A stretch of 64,000 bases of DNA from Kiritimatiellia bacterium. Its GTDB lineage: Bacteria; Verrucomicrobiota; Kiritimatiellia; RFP12; UBA1067. The stretch covers positions 190,973-254,972 of the forward strand of contig JBMNFY010000007.1 of the NCBI GenBank assembly GCA_050949565.1. Direction: 5' to 3'. The notes below the pieces were generated by a model. The model searched no databases, was not told the origin of the DNA, and saw only the letters and a program-made list of their open reading frames with translations. Numbering within the stretch: position 1 is the stretch's first letter; each line of letters starts with the position of its first letter. The position numbers and the translations under genes were made by a program. Shown one piece after another: positions 1-9,401 of this stretch.

Positions 1-344
1 AGATCGGCAAAGTCTTTTCAATGGATCGCTTCCATGCGACCGATGACCTCAAGGAAAAGGCGGTCGCACTGCGAGACAAGGTATCCGAGTTGAGCCTATA
101 TGCCAAAGACGCCATGTCCGACGTAGCGGTCGCGGTCTGTACACTTGCCGCCGTCAAACTGCTCAATGGCGTCGTCTTCCCGCTTGCTTCGTTCGGTTTT
201 CTAATCTGGCTGGTGCGCGGTTGTCTCTGGCCTGTGCTCGGCCTGAGTGACCGTCCTTTGGACAGTGACGATTTCCGGCGTCTCCGCGATTTTCTGCATC
301 ATCCGCATCCCGAAAAAACATCGGCCACACCTCCTAAATCCTAA
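1..344 (+). CDS. 3' part of a hypothetical membrane protein (start probably upstream of window)
   Basis: ORF 21..344 has a hydrophobic segment (VAVCTLAAVKLLNGVVFPLASFGFLIWLV) and stops at TAA 342-344. Confidence 0.55.
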   Translation, partial: IGKVFSMDRFHATDDLKEKAVALRDKVSELSLYAKDAMSDVAVAVCTLAAVKLLNGVVFPLASFGFLIWLVRGCLWPVLGLSDRPLDSDDFRRLRDFLHHPHPEKTSATPPKS

Positions 345-360
345 CTCCTAATTCCTAACT
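332..360. repeat. Heptamer tandem repeat (TCCTAAN)n, target of the IS insertion
   Basis: tcctaaa tcctaac tcctaat tcctaac; resumes after the IS as aactcctaaa (2024-2033). Confidence 0.75.
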
Positions 361-602
361 GAGGCTCTTGCAAAACCCCCTCGTGACATGGGCGTCCCGC
401 CCATGAAACACGGGCAGGATGCCCGTGCCACGCCTGCACGCAAGGGATTTTGCAGGATTTTCTGACGAAGAGGCGCAGCGGTTGCTGAAAAACGGACGCG
501 ACAGGGCGTTTTTCCCGTTTTTCGGATGTTTCCGGGCAGACCCCGGCGCCTCCGCCCGGTCGCGGGCGGGTTTTCAGGGAGGGCAGTCTGCCGCGGGGCC
601 GG

Positions 603-1719
603 TCAGGGAAGCATTCTGAGCATCTGCTCGGCGGCGATGACCAGCAGCCCGAAGGCCAGATGCGCCGCCACCTTCGCCGGGCCGCGCACCCGGACGTTCC
701 GTCCGCCGTGCTCTTCGTGCAGATGGCTGTTGACGCGCTCGGACGGCCGTGCGTTCGTGGTAGCGCCGGGCTTCCGCCGGGGAGAACTCGATCTTCTCGC
801 CCCGGCGCGGGTTGTGGTCGATGAGCGCCACGTGCCCCAGCCGCGCCGACATCTCGCGGATCTCCTTGGCGTCGTAGGCGGCGTCGGCCAGATCATAGAG
901 GTTGACGATCCGTCCGGCGGTCATCTGCGCCAGCGGGATGGCGGCCTGGCTGTCGTGCAGGCTGGCGGAAGTGAGTATGAAGCTGACCGGGATATCGCCG
1001 TCGATCACGTCCAGATGGGCCTTGTAGCCGCGCCAGCATTCTGTCTTGCCCTTGCTGTTCTTCTTGCAGCCCCAGTCGCAGGACGCGGGCAGGTCGGCCA
1101 GGTTTTCCTTCAAGCCGCGGTTGAGCTGCAGTTGCAGCCGTGTCGGATCCGGCGGCGGCGCCGGGGGCTCGCCCTTCCTGCGCCGGCCGCGTTTGCCGCG
1201 CTCGGGGGCGGGGGCCGTCTCCGGCTTGGCCGCGGCCTTCTCGCGGGCGCGGATCGCGGTGGCGTCGCGGCTGACGTGCCCGGCGAGCTTGTCGCCATAG
1301 CGGGCCTTGACCATCGCCTCGTGGATTTCCTGAGGGCACCCGTTTTTGGCGAATTCGGCGAAGGCGCGCGAGAAGGTCGACGCCGAGGGCACTTCGCCGA
1401 GCGTCTCCCAGCCGCACAGCCGGCGCAGGGCCGGACGGTGGCGGATGGCGTCGATCAGGCCGCTCGTGGTGTCGAAGTTCCAGACGGTCTTGCCTATGAA
1501 CGCCTTGCACATCGCCAGCCGGTCGCACGGCGGGCAGCCGTTGCCGCACCAGCGGTAGGCGCCCATGTGATCCTGCGGGGCGCACAGCTCGCAGACCGCG
1601 ACGAACTGGCGGTGCTTCTCGTCGAGTTCCCCGATCTCGTCCTCCAGCATCGGGAAGAGCCATGACTGGATGCTGTTCCACAACTGGCCCAGAGGGGGTT
1701 GATGTCGCGTTTCCTTCAT
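603..1719 (-). pseudogene. DDE transposase with a +1 frameshift near the C-terminus
   Basis: ATG at 1719 after an AAGGAG RBS. Motifs LRRLCGW..VPSASTFSR, SRDATAI, WRGYKAHL, HDSQAA, LADAAYD. One extra base at 741-742 separates RYHERTAV from ERVNSHL...HLAFGLL (ORF 603..896). Confidence 0.85.
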
Positions 1720-1813
1720 GCGTTTTTGTCTCCTTTCCGCGTTTGTTTTTCCGTCCTTACGGATGATGGAGGCATTGTAACATATTGCGCGGCAACAAGA
1801 TACAACAAAAATC

Positions 1814-1832
1814 GGGGGGGGGGGGGGGGGGG
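1814..1832. repeat. G19 homopolymer inside the IS, upstream of the transposase
   Basis: Run of 19 G read directly from the sequence. Confidence 0.85.
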
Positions 1833-2038
1833 TAGACAAACACCCCGGAATGTGCGACAATACCCCTGTTCGTTTTGGGCGCGGTATGGTGCCGTGCAGA
1901 AGGCGACGCGGCGTGGGGCGGAGCGTCATGCCCGGCCGCGCCGGGCGGTGGGATGGTTCGCTGACAAGACGTCCCGCCCGCAGGCCGTCAGGCGTTGCGG
2001 TGTGGGGGTTTTGCAAGAGCCTCAACTCCTAAATTCCC

Positions 2039-2983
2039 ATGCTCACCCCCTACACCACGACACTGACCGATGAAGCCGAACGCCGCGGCATCCGCGTGGT
2101 CCTGATCAACAACGATCCCGACCTGCCGATCTTCGACCTCATCAGAAACGGCCAAAGCGTGCGCTGCTTCAACGCCCTTACCGATCAGGTCGGTGCGGCT
2201 ACCTACCATCTGGTCAATCACAAGCGCGCCTGTCACAATTGGCTGGTGCGCCAGCGTATCCCGGTGCCGGCGCAAATCGTCTATGACGACGCGCATCCTG
2301 CGCTCGCCTTGGACTTTCTCCGCGACCACGCGCCGATTGTCGTCAAACCCTGCATGCAGTGGGGCGCGCGCGGCGTGTCGATGAGCGTGCGTACCCCCGA
2401 AGACCTGCAAGCCGCCGTCCGCCGCGCACGACGCTTCGAGCCCGATGTGATTCTGGAAGAGACTGTGCCCGGTGAGGATCTGCGCGTGATCCTCGTCGGA
2501 GGCGAGTTGGCAGCCGCCATCCGCCGGACGCCTGCCACCGTCACCGGCGACGGCATCCACACGCTGCGCCAACTCATCCTACGCCGTAACGCCTCCCGCC
2601 GCCGCGAAGATCCCAGCAATCTGATTCCGTGGGACGCCGAAACACGTCGCAACCTCGCGGAACTGGGCCGCACTCCGGACGAGGTTCCGTCTTGCGGCGA
2701 GCAGGTGCGCGTACGCTTGACCAACAACTACCACACTGGCGGCACAGTCGACATCGTCACGGACAAGGTGCCCGTCCGTGCACTCCGCATCGCGCAACGC
2801 ATCGTGCGCAGCCTCAATCTGCCGCTGGCCGGTGTCGACTTCCTGATTGACCGCGCCACACGCCGTTTCACGGTCATTGAGGTCAGTCCCGACATGGCCA
2901 TCTCGCCGCCCGAAGGCGCGACCGTCGCGCAACGCTTTCTCGACTTTCTCTTTCCCGACACACAAAAAAAGGAACCCTCATGA
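2039..2983 (+). CDS. Stand-alone ATP-grasp peptide ligase (cyanophycin synthetase/Ngg C-terminal domain-like)
   Basis: VVKP...GARGVS, ILEETVPGEDLRVI, RTPATVTGDG, NYHTGG, AGVDFL, IEV motifs. Confidence 0.75.
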   Translation: MLTPYTTTLTDEAERRGIRVVLINNDPDLPIFDLIRNGQSVRCFNALTDQVGAATYHLVNHKRACHNWLVRQRIPVPAQIVYDDAHPALALDFLRDHAPIVVKPCMQWGARGVSMSVRTPEDLQAAVRRARRFEPDVILEETVPGEDLRVILVGGELAAAIRRTPATVTGDGIHTLRQLILRRNASRRREDPSNLIPWDAETRRNLAELGRTPDEVPSCGEQVRVRLTNNYHTGGTVDIVTDKVPVRALRIAQRIVRSLNLPLAGVDFLIDRATRRFTVIEVSPDMAISPPEGATVAQRFLDFLFPDTQKKEPS

Positions 2984-3846
2984 AACATGCCTGTACCCTG
3001 ATCGCCGGTGCCTTCTGCGCCGTGCTGTTCGCCCGTTCGGAATCTACGATTGAATATCGCTATCTGGACGAACTCGCTTCGCCCAAACGCTGGGCACCTG
3101 CCGAGTGCGAGGTGACCGTCTCGCCGCACCGTGCCTGGGAACATCCGGTCGCCTGTATGCACATTCCGGTCGACTTTCACGCCGGTGAAAAAGCCTACCC
3201 CATCGGCTGGCCACGCATGTACCTGAATCTGACCGAAGAAGAGCGGGGCTGGAACGAATACGACTGCTTTGAATTCCAACTCTATACTGAAAGCTCTCGC
3301 GAAAAACTGCCCACACGTCCCGTCACTTTTCACCTCTACGACACGCAGGGGCAGAAGAAGCTCATCGAGTTGCAGCAGGCTACACTCAAAGAATGGCGCA
3401 CCGTCAGCGTCAATCTCTCAGACCTCGGTCTGGCCGGACCGGTTGCGCGTCTGGGTTTCAATATCAACGAATCCGACTACAACGACAAAGACTGGGTCGC
3501 CTTCCATGTCGGCGGTTTCCGCTTGTCGCGTAGGACGGCACCGCATGTCACAGAGCTACGCGCAGTAACGCCGGTCCTCTTTTGCGATAGCCGCGTGCTG
3601 CCGATCGAACTCGTCATCGAGGGTCCGGCAGCACAACTCGCCTCCGGCATTCCGGTGCAGCTTCGTTCCGGTACACGCACGGTACTCACGCGCAGCCTGC
3701 CGGTGGCACGCGGTCGCCAGACACTCTACGTGCCTTTGGATGCAAAGCCGCTCCCGCCCGGTGCCTATACCGTTGTCGTCACCCCGGATGCCGAAGGACG
3801 CGGACCCGAAGCGGCTGTCACCGTGACGACCTCACCTTGGCAATAA
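2980..3846 (+). CDS. Exported hypothetical protein (carbohydrate-binding-like fold possible)
   Basis: Signal peptide-like N-terminus; ATGA overlap with the upstream gene. Confidence 0.6.
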   Translation: MKHACTLIAGAFCAVLFARSESTIEYRYLDELASPKRWAPAECEVTVSPHRAWEHPVACMHIPVDFHAGEKAYPIGWPRMYLNLTEEERGWNEYDCFEFQLYTESSREKLPTRPVTFHLYDTQGQKKLIELQQATLKEWRTVSVNLSDLGLAGPVARLGFNINESDYNDKDWVAFHVGGFRLSRRTAPHVTELRAVTPVLFCDSRVLPIELVIEGPAAQLASGIPVQLRSGTRTVLTRSLPVARGRQTLYVPLDAKPLPPGAYTVVVTPDAEGRGPEAAVTVTTSPWQ

Positions 3847-3886
3847 TGACACCCCCTCCCCTCTTTCATTTTCACTAAGGAGCACC

Positions 3887-6184
3887 ATGAAAACACGTAT
3901 TACACTCGCCCTCTTCGTGGCAGCCGCATCATCCTCCCTCTATGCCGCACCGGTCATCTTTGATTTGGGAACCGCCGACTCCCCCTTGCACGACGGTGCG
4001 CTGCGCGTCACCGAAAAAGGCGGCGAACACGCCACATGGGAATCGGCCGCGCCGCTTGCCGCGCGGGCCAATCCCATCCAGCGTGATTGGGTCGAAAACA
4101 CCCACGCGCGGCGCAAGGATCCACCCGCCTCCTATCATACCGAACTCACCTGCGATTATGTCGCCGCCACTGCCCCCGCCACGCTGACCCTCGCGTTGCC
4201 GTCCGGCTCCTACCGCTTGGTCTTGCTCTGCGGTCGTGCCGGAGGACACGCCGCACAGGTGTGGGACACCTGTGTGACCACCGAGGACGGAGCCAGCGTA
4301 CAGGCCACGTTCGCCGGAGCTCATGAACTGCGAGCGTTAACGCTGAACGCGACCACCGGTACACAAGGCATCCGCCTCGCCCTGACCACACGCAGCCGCT
4401 GGGTGCTGAACGCCGTGATCGCAGTGCCGACCGCCGAATGGGAGACCGCGCAGCGCGACACGATTGAACCGCTGCTCCGCGACGCGCTGCTGCTACCGCG
4501 CGACGTATTGGCGTCATGGAAGATCGTCCCGCGTCCCGATCCCTCACCCGAACCGGTCTGGACCGAGCGGCAGCGGCAGGACGGCGTGGCCGTCTATGCG
4601 CGGCCTTGGTGCGAGCCGGTATGGCCCGACCACAAACCGCGTCAGCACGAACTGGACGCACCGGTGCGCGCCTTCGCCGCCCAGGGCGAATATGAGCCAA
4701 TGACCTTTACGCTTCATGCGTTGCGCGCCGTCACCAACGTTGATGTCCGTCTCAGTGCGATGGTCTGCACCAACGGCCGTACGCGCATCGAGATCCCGGC
4801 TGAAGACATCGACCTGCGCGCGGTTCGCTACATGTACGTGCGTCCCAACTACAACGCCTTCAACACCACCTACCGCGCGCCGGACGTCCTGATGCCTTGG
4901 CAGCCGCAACCGATTCCGCGCGGCGAAAACCTGCGCCTCTGGCTCACCGTGCATGTGGGGGTCGGCCAGCCCGCGGGCCTCTATCACGGACGCGCGACCG
5001 TCACTGCCGACCACACGAAGCTCGAAGTACCGCTCACGCTGCGCGTCCTGCCGATCACGCTGCTCAAAGACCAGTCACTCGTTTACGGTCAATACTACCG
5101 TCATCCGCTACCGAACAGTGAAGGCGCGCCGGACACATTCTCGCGGGCTTGGTGGCAGCGTAAAGCCGAGGCCGAACACCGCGACATGCGCGAGCACGGC
5201 ATGAACACCGTGGTGCTGGGCTTGTGGGGCAGGTACAAGGACGGACGCTGGCTCTTCTCGTTCGACACACTGCAACGTCATCTCGACCTTGCGCGCAGTG
5301 TCGGCTTCGACAAGCCGTTTGTCTGTTCGTTCCCCTGCTCCGCCCTCTACCACAAACACATGAAAGCCGACATGGGCTCGCACCTCTCGCAGATCAAGAT
5401 GCCACCCGACGCCTTTTTCGACGAACTGACCGAGATGGTACGAACCATTGAGGCCGAGGCCCGCCGCCGCCAATGGCCCGAACTGCTCTACTATCCGGTG
5501 GACGAGCCCTCGACCAGTCCGGACTCGGTCGCCTTCATGACGCGCGTCATGGCCGCCATCAAAAAAGTCCCGAAGGTGCGGACCTACGTCACAGCCGATC
5601 CCGAACACGAGCCCTTCGCGCAAATGCGTCCGTATGTGGATGTCTGGTGCTGCCAGCCCTTCTCGCTGGGACGCGAAGCGATACTGGCCGACATGAAGGC
5701 ACGCGGCGTCGAGTACTGGTGTTACCCCAACCACATCTCGGGCGAAAACGACCACACACCCACGATCGGCGCGCGCATGACCTATGGCTTCGGATTCTGG
5801 CAATCCGGTTACCGCTGCCTGATCCCTTGGATCTACCAGTATATGACGGGCGATCCTTGGAGCTATCTGGACGCTTCGACCTCCGACTTCCTCAACCGTA
5901 CTGCGGATGACGGCACGCCGATCCCCGTGGCCTTGTGGGAAGCCTATCGCGAGGGCATTGACGACCACCGCTACATCTTCACGCTGGAAACCGCCATAGA
6001 CCGTGCCGAAGCTGCCGGAAGGCACGAGTCAGCCAACCGTGCGCGTGAGGTCTTGAAGCGCATCCTGGAGACGATGTACATCCAGCCCAAGTACAAGCAC
6101 GACGGCCTGTGGTCGGCCTGCACCTTTGATGCCTGGCGGTGGGCGCTGGCCGAGCAAATCCTCGCTTTGCAGGCTGAAGAATAG
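3887..6184 (+). CDS. Exported putative glycoside hydrolase (GH123/DUF4091-like C-terminus)
   Basis: AAGGAG RBS, signal peptide, AAQGEYEP, YYPVDEP, WEAYREGIDDHRY motifs. Confidence 0.6.
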   Translation: MKTRITLALFVAAASSSLYAAPVIFDLGTADSPLHDGALRVTEKGGEHATWESAAPLAARANPIQRDWVENTHARRKDPPASYHTELTCDYVAATAPATLTLALPSGSYRLVLLCGRAGGHAAQVWDTCVTTEDGASVQATFAGAHELRALTLNATTGTQGIRLALTTRSRWVLNAVIAVPTAEWETAQRDTIEPLLRDALLLPRDVLASWKIVPRPDPSPEPVWTERQRQDGVAVYARPWCEPVWPDHKPRQHELDAPVRAFAAQGEYEPMTFTLHALRAVTNVDVRLSAMVCTNGRTRIEIPAEDIDLRAVRYMYVRPNYNAFNTTYRAPDVLMPWQPQPIPRGENLRLWLTVHVGVGQPAGLYHGRATVTADHTKLEVPLTLRVLPITLLKDQSLVYGQYYRHPLPNSEGAPDTFSRAWWQRKAEAEHRDMREHGMNTVVLGLWGRYKDGRWLFSFDTLQRHLDLARSVGFDKPFVCSFPCSALYHKHMKADMGSHLSQIKMPPDAFFDELTEMVRTIEAEARRRQWPELLYYPVDEPSTSPDSVAFMTRVMAAIKKVPKVRTYVTADPEHEPFAQMRPYVDVWCCQPFSLGREAILADMKARGVEYWCYPNHISGENDHTPTIGARMTYGFGFWQSGYRCLIPWIYQYMTGDPWSYLDASTSDFLNRTADDGTPIPVALWEAYREGIDDHRYIFTLETAIDRAEAAGRHESANRAREVLKRILETMYIQPKYKHDGLWSACTFDAWRWALAEQILALQAEE

Positions 6185-6216
6185 AAACCGCAACCTTATC
6201 TGGACACATCCCTGTC

Positions 6217-7563
6217 ATGAGCCTCTTGTCACGTTATCTTCAAGCCTCACTGGTCAAACGCGTCATCGTCGGCCTGCTGGCCGGTGCCGCGCTCGGTGCC
6301 GGCCTCTGGTACGCCTCCATCGCATTCGACATCAAAGAGCAGGTACAGCAGATGATGCGTGTCTGCTCGCCTTTCGGCACCGTCTTCATCAGCCTGCTGA
6401 AGATGATTGTGATACCCACCGTCTTCTTCTCGCTGGTGCAGGGTGCCTCCTCGCTGCCGTTAAGCAAGTTGGGACGTGCTGGCGGCAAGATCGTGTGCTG
6501 GTACCTCGCCTCCATGTGCGTCTCGGCACTCATCGGGATCGGCCTCGCGCTTTGGATCAACCCCGGTGCAGGCGCATCACTGACAGGCTGGCAAGAACTG
6601 GCGCAGCAATTCGGTTCGCAAGCGCAGGCAATCGCACAGACCGACAGCGCCAAAAGCCTGACCGAGGTCTTGGAGAAACTGCTGCTCGACTTCTTCCAAA
6701 ACCCCTTCCAGGCGTTGGCAAACGGCAACTTCCTTGGCATCATCGGCTTTGCAATCCTCTTCGGCATCAGCATCCGGCTGGTAATCGAAACCACGGAGGA
6801 CACCGCCGTCCAAGCGAAGATGCAGAGCCTGATCAACCTGTGCGACGCCTGCATGCTGGCCGTCAACCGCATCATCGGCATGGTGATGAACTACTCGCCG
6901 ATCGGCGTGTTTTTCCTGTCGGCCGGTATCTTTTCGGTCTACGGTCCGGCGATCATCGGCCCCTACGTCACGGTCTTGCTAGGTGTGGCATCCGGCATTC
7001 TCTTCCTGATCTTCGTGGTGTATCCCGCCGTACTGGCCCTCGTGCTGCGGCAAAACCCCTACCGCATTTTGGGGGCGGTGAAAGAAGCGATGGTGCTGGC
7101 CTTCGTCACGCGGTCGAGTGCGGCGACGCTGCCGGTATCGATCCGCGTCAGCGAAGAACGCCTGGGGATCAACCGCGAGCTGGCGAGCTTCGCATTGCCG
7201 CTGGGCGCGACGGTCAACATGGACGGCGTGTGCGTCCACCTGCCGATGTTCGCGATTCTGGCCGCAAACATGTTCGGCATCACATTGGGCTTCGGCGATC
7301 TCGCGCTGATGATGGTGACGACCGTTCTGGCGGCGATCGGCGCGGGCGGCGTGCCGGGCGGCAGTCTGATGTTGCTCTTCATCATTCTGGGAACGCTCGG
7401 ACTCGACGCCACACAAATCGCGGTGATCGTGGCCTTGGCGGTCGGCATCAATCCTGTGCTCGACATGTTCGAGACCATGGGCAACGTGACCGGCGATCTG
7501 CTCTGCACCTACACCGTCGCCGCACGCGAAGGCCTGACCGACGGCAGGATCCAACGCAGTTGA
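6217..7563 (+). CDS. Dicarboxylate/amino acid:cation symporter (DAACS/GltP family)
   Basis: LLKMIVIP, AFVTRSSAATLP, LPLGATVNMDG, GAGGVPGG, LDMFETMGNVTGD signature motifs. Confidence 0.92.
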   Translation: MSLLSRYLQASLVKRVIVGLLAGAALGAGLWYASIAFDIKEQVQQMMRVCSPFGTVFISLLKMIVIPTVFFSLVQGASSLPLSKLGRAGGKIVCWYLASMCVSALIGIGLALWINPGAGASLTGWQELAQQFGSQAQAIAQTDSAKSLTEVLEKLLLDFFQNPFQALANGNFLGIIGFAILFGISIRLVIETTEDTAVQAKMQSLINLCDACMLAVNRIIGMVMNYSPIGVFFLSAGIFSVYGPAIIGPYVTVLLGVASGILFLIFVVYPAVLALVLRQNPYRILGAVKEAMVLAFVTRSSAATLPVSIRVSEERLGINRELASFALPLGATVNMDGVCVHLPMFAILAANMFGITLGFGDLALMMVTTVLAAIGAGGVPGGSLMLLFIILGTLGLDATQIAVIVALAVGINPVLDMFETMGNVTGDLLCTYTVAAREGLTDGRIQRS

Positions 7564-7898
7564 ACGGCATCCCTCGCTTGTTGCGACCACGTAGTGGCTC
7601 GCAACTTTGAGAGTAAAAGTCCTGCTCGGCTTTTCCCTCGCGAACGGATTTGGAATGCGACGGCAAGCGTCGTTCCGCGCGACGCTGCTTTAGCTTTTCC
7701 GTCAAACAAATTGGGAGCTTGACCCTATCCGTCTGGACGAATAACATAACTGCATCGAATGGGATTGTACGTTTTCGCGAGGTAGGCTCAACTGCAGTTC
7801 GGCGAGACAAGATGATGAATGGACATCTGCTTATCGCCGTTTCGACGATTTATGTGCCCTCGGCTGGACGCGGTCAACGACAGGAGGAGAAAGACACC

Positions 7899-8153
7899 AT
7901 GTTTGGAATGAAAAAGGCAGAGAAAGTCCACCGGGGCGAGTTTGGAACATGTTGCAAGGATCTTGCAGACTGTCTGAAACAGCCGAATGCCCTCATCCGA
8001 AAACAAGAAGACGGGAGGCTGTTTCTCACGATTGGCTATATGGAGACGGATCAGGGAACTGGCTGGTTTGACCACGCTGTGATCTATTGCCCGTTCTGTG
8101 GTTCGAAACTGCAAGACCGCAAGGCTCTGGCAGACACGATAAAGGACAGATGA
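7899..8153 (+). CDS. Small Cys-rich hypothetical protein (CC...YCPFCG); alternative start 7812
   Basis: AGGAGG RBS before ATG 7899; lower-GC context; putative Zn-binding cysteines. Confidence 0.65.
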   Translation: MFGMKKAEKVHRGEFGTCCKDLADCLKQPNALIRKQEDGRLFLTIGYMETDQGTGWFDHAVIYCPFCGSKLQDRKALADTIKDR

Positions 8154-8154
8154 T

Positions 8155-8207
8155 GCCGAACAAAATTTTCCAGCGTACGTCACATCGCTACCGCGCCGCC
8201 GCTGAAA
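8155..8207 (+). other. Truncated attC-like integron recombination site
   Basis: GCCGAAC just after the stop codon; TTCCAGCG/CGCTGAAA L-box pair with one extra base; complementary GTTCGGC at 7797-7803; final R' box missing. Confidence 0.5.
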
Positions 8208-8452
8208 GGAACTACATGATTTTACAGGGTCTCGGCTGCGAGACTTTTGTCAGAAGAGGACAGCCGAAATGATGAACGGAGTATTCCCACCACAACCTAC
8301 TACCTATCGCAGTTATAGCGCGGCACAGGCAAAAGGGCTTAACCTAAAAAAAAGCAGTTGGATGTGCGGATTTTGAGCAAAGGCCTGTAAACATTGGCTT
8401 CCGTTGAGATCCGCGCCGCACCTATCTGGTGCAGAACGCAATTTCTGATTGG

Positions 8453-8593
8453 AACCACGGAACACACCGAACACACGGAAAGGCATGGCTCTGTTTACGT
8501 GTGTTTAGTGTGTTCCGTGGTTAAACAATCGATCCCGATAGCGATCCCGATCCCGATTTGGATGAAACCATGAAACCAGAAACCTTGAAACCA
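8453..8593. repeat. Stack of short-period repeats: inverted 9-mer array, 6-mer array, 8-mer array
   Basis: aaccacggaacacaccgaacacacggaaa...gtgtgtttagtgtgttccgtggtt (8453-8522), (cgatcc)n 8528-8558, (tgaaacca)n 8563-8593. Confidence 0.75.
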
Positions 8594-8622
8594 AAGAGAG
8601 TTGAAGATTCAACTGCTCTTTT
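8593..8622. terminator. Probable intrinsic terminator between convergent regions
   Basis: aaagagagttgaa-ga-ttcaactgctctttt hairpin, 6 nt past the stop of 8629..9357. Confidence 0.45.
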
Positions 8623-8628
8623 TGGGGC

Positions 8629-9357
8629 TTAATTGCCGGACGTGACCTTGAAGGAGTAGAAGCGGCAGCGTCCTTCTGAGCCGAGAATGCCGACACGGAA
8701 CTTCTCGGGAAGGAGCGGATCGCTGAAGCCGACCTCGTGACCGCCGCAACGGACGGTCATCTGTCCCGTCGGCCGTCCACGGTGTATCTTGCGTTCGACG
8801 GTCATCGACAGATCGTAGCGCGTCTTCGGTTCAAAGCGCGTCACGAGCCAGGCGACCTTGTCGATCGGGATGTGCTGCACGCCATCCCCCGGATGTGGCT
8901 TGTGGTGCCAGATATTAAGCCCCCCGTCATAAAGGACGATCTCGTAGAAATCAATGAGTTGGTCACGTCCCTGAGCGTCCTTTGTCATCTCTTTGACGAG
9001 AACGAGTGACGGCGCCATGCGATGGTCGAAGCTGGTCTCGGTTGTGCAGGTCACCTTCCCCGAATAGACGTTCGTCAGGACCAGCGCCGAGAAGGTGTCG
9101 ATCTGGTGCTTTTTGAAGATCTCCTCGTCAGTCCAGGCCGGATCGCTCCAGTTGACGAGGCCGTCCTTCTCTTGAACCATGGGCGTGCCACGGTCCCAGT
9201 CGGGGTTCCGCGGCGAAAGCCAGCGGCTACGATCCCATCGGCCCTCAGCAAAGTCAAAGGACTCGCTTACCGGAGCGGCGAGGCAAAAACAACATGGAAC
9301 CATCGCCGTCAGCGTAAAAGCCAACGTGACGAAGACAAACATCATACGCACTTTCAT
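8629..9357 (-). CDS. Exported hypothetical protein (beta-sandwich-like)
   Basis: AGAGGA RBS, signal peptide, beta-rich sequence. Confidence 0.65.
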   Translation of the reverse strand: MKVRMMFVFVTLAFTLTAMVPCCFCLAAPVSESFDFAEGRWDRSRWLSPRNPDWDRGTPMVQEKDGLVNWSDPAWTDEEIFKKHQIDTFSALVLTNVYSGKVTCTTETSFDHRMAPSLVLVKEMTKDAQGRDQLIDFYEIVLYDGGLNIWHHKPHPGDGVQHIPIDKVAWLVTRFEPKTRYDLSMTVERKIHRGRPTGQMTVRCGGHEVGFSDPLLPEKFRVGILGSEGRCRFYSFKVTSGN

Positions 9358-9401
9358 GATTCAATCCTCTCTGTGAAATTCGACCCAGGCAACAAACCGT
9401 T

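Larger units (their letters stand above)
361..2023 (-). mobile_element. Insertion sequence, IS5/IS1182-like DDE family
   Basis: Perfect 20-bp terminal inverted repeats GAGGCTCTTGCAAAACCCCC (361-380, 2004-2023), 4-bp direct repeat AACT (357-360, 2024-2027), and an internal DDE transposase. Confidence 0.9.

Noticed and set aside
1720-2025. Long N-terminal extension of the transposase with poly-Pro
   Set aside because: It arises from the G19 tract and the IS end; an RBS supports ATG 1719.
6126-7610. 494-aa alternative-frame ORF over the symporter
   Set aside because: Arg/Pro-rich frame artefact overlapping a clear DAACS gene.
8210-8450. Possible IS-end remnant or small RNA in an AT-richer gap
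   Set aside because: No partner TIR, transposase fragment or recognisable RNA motif could be supported.
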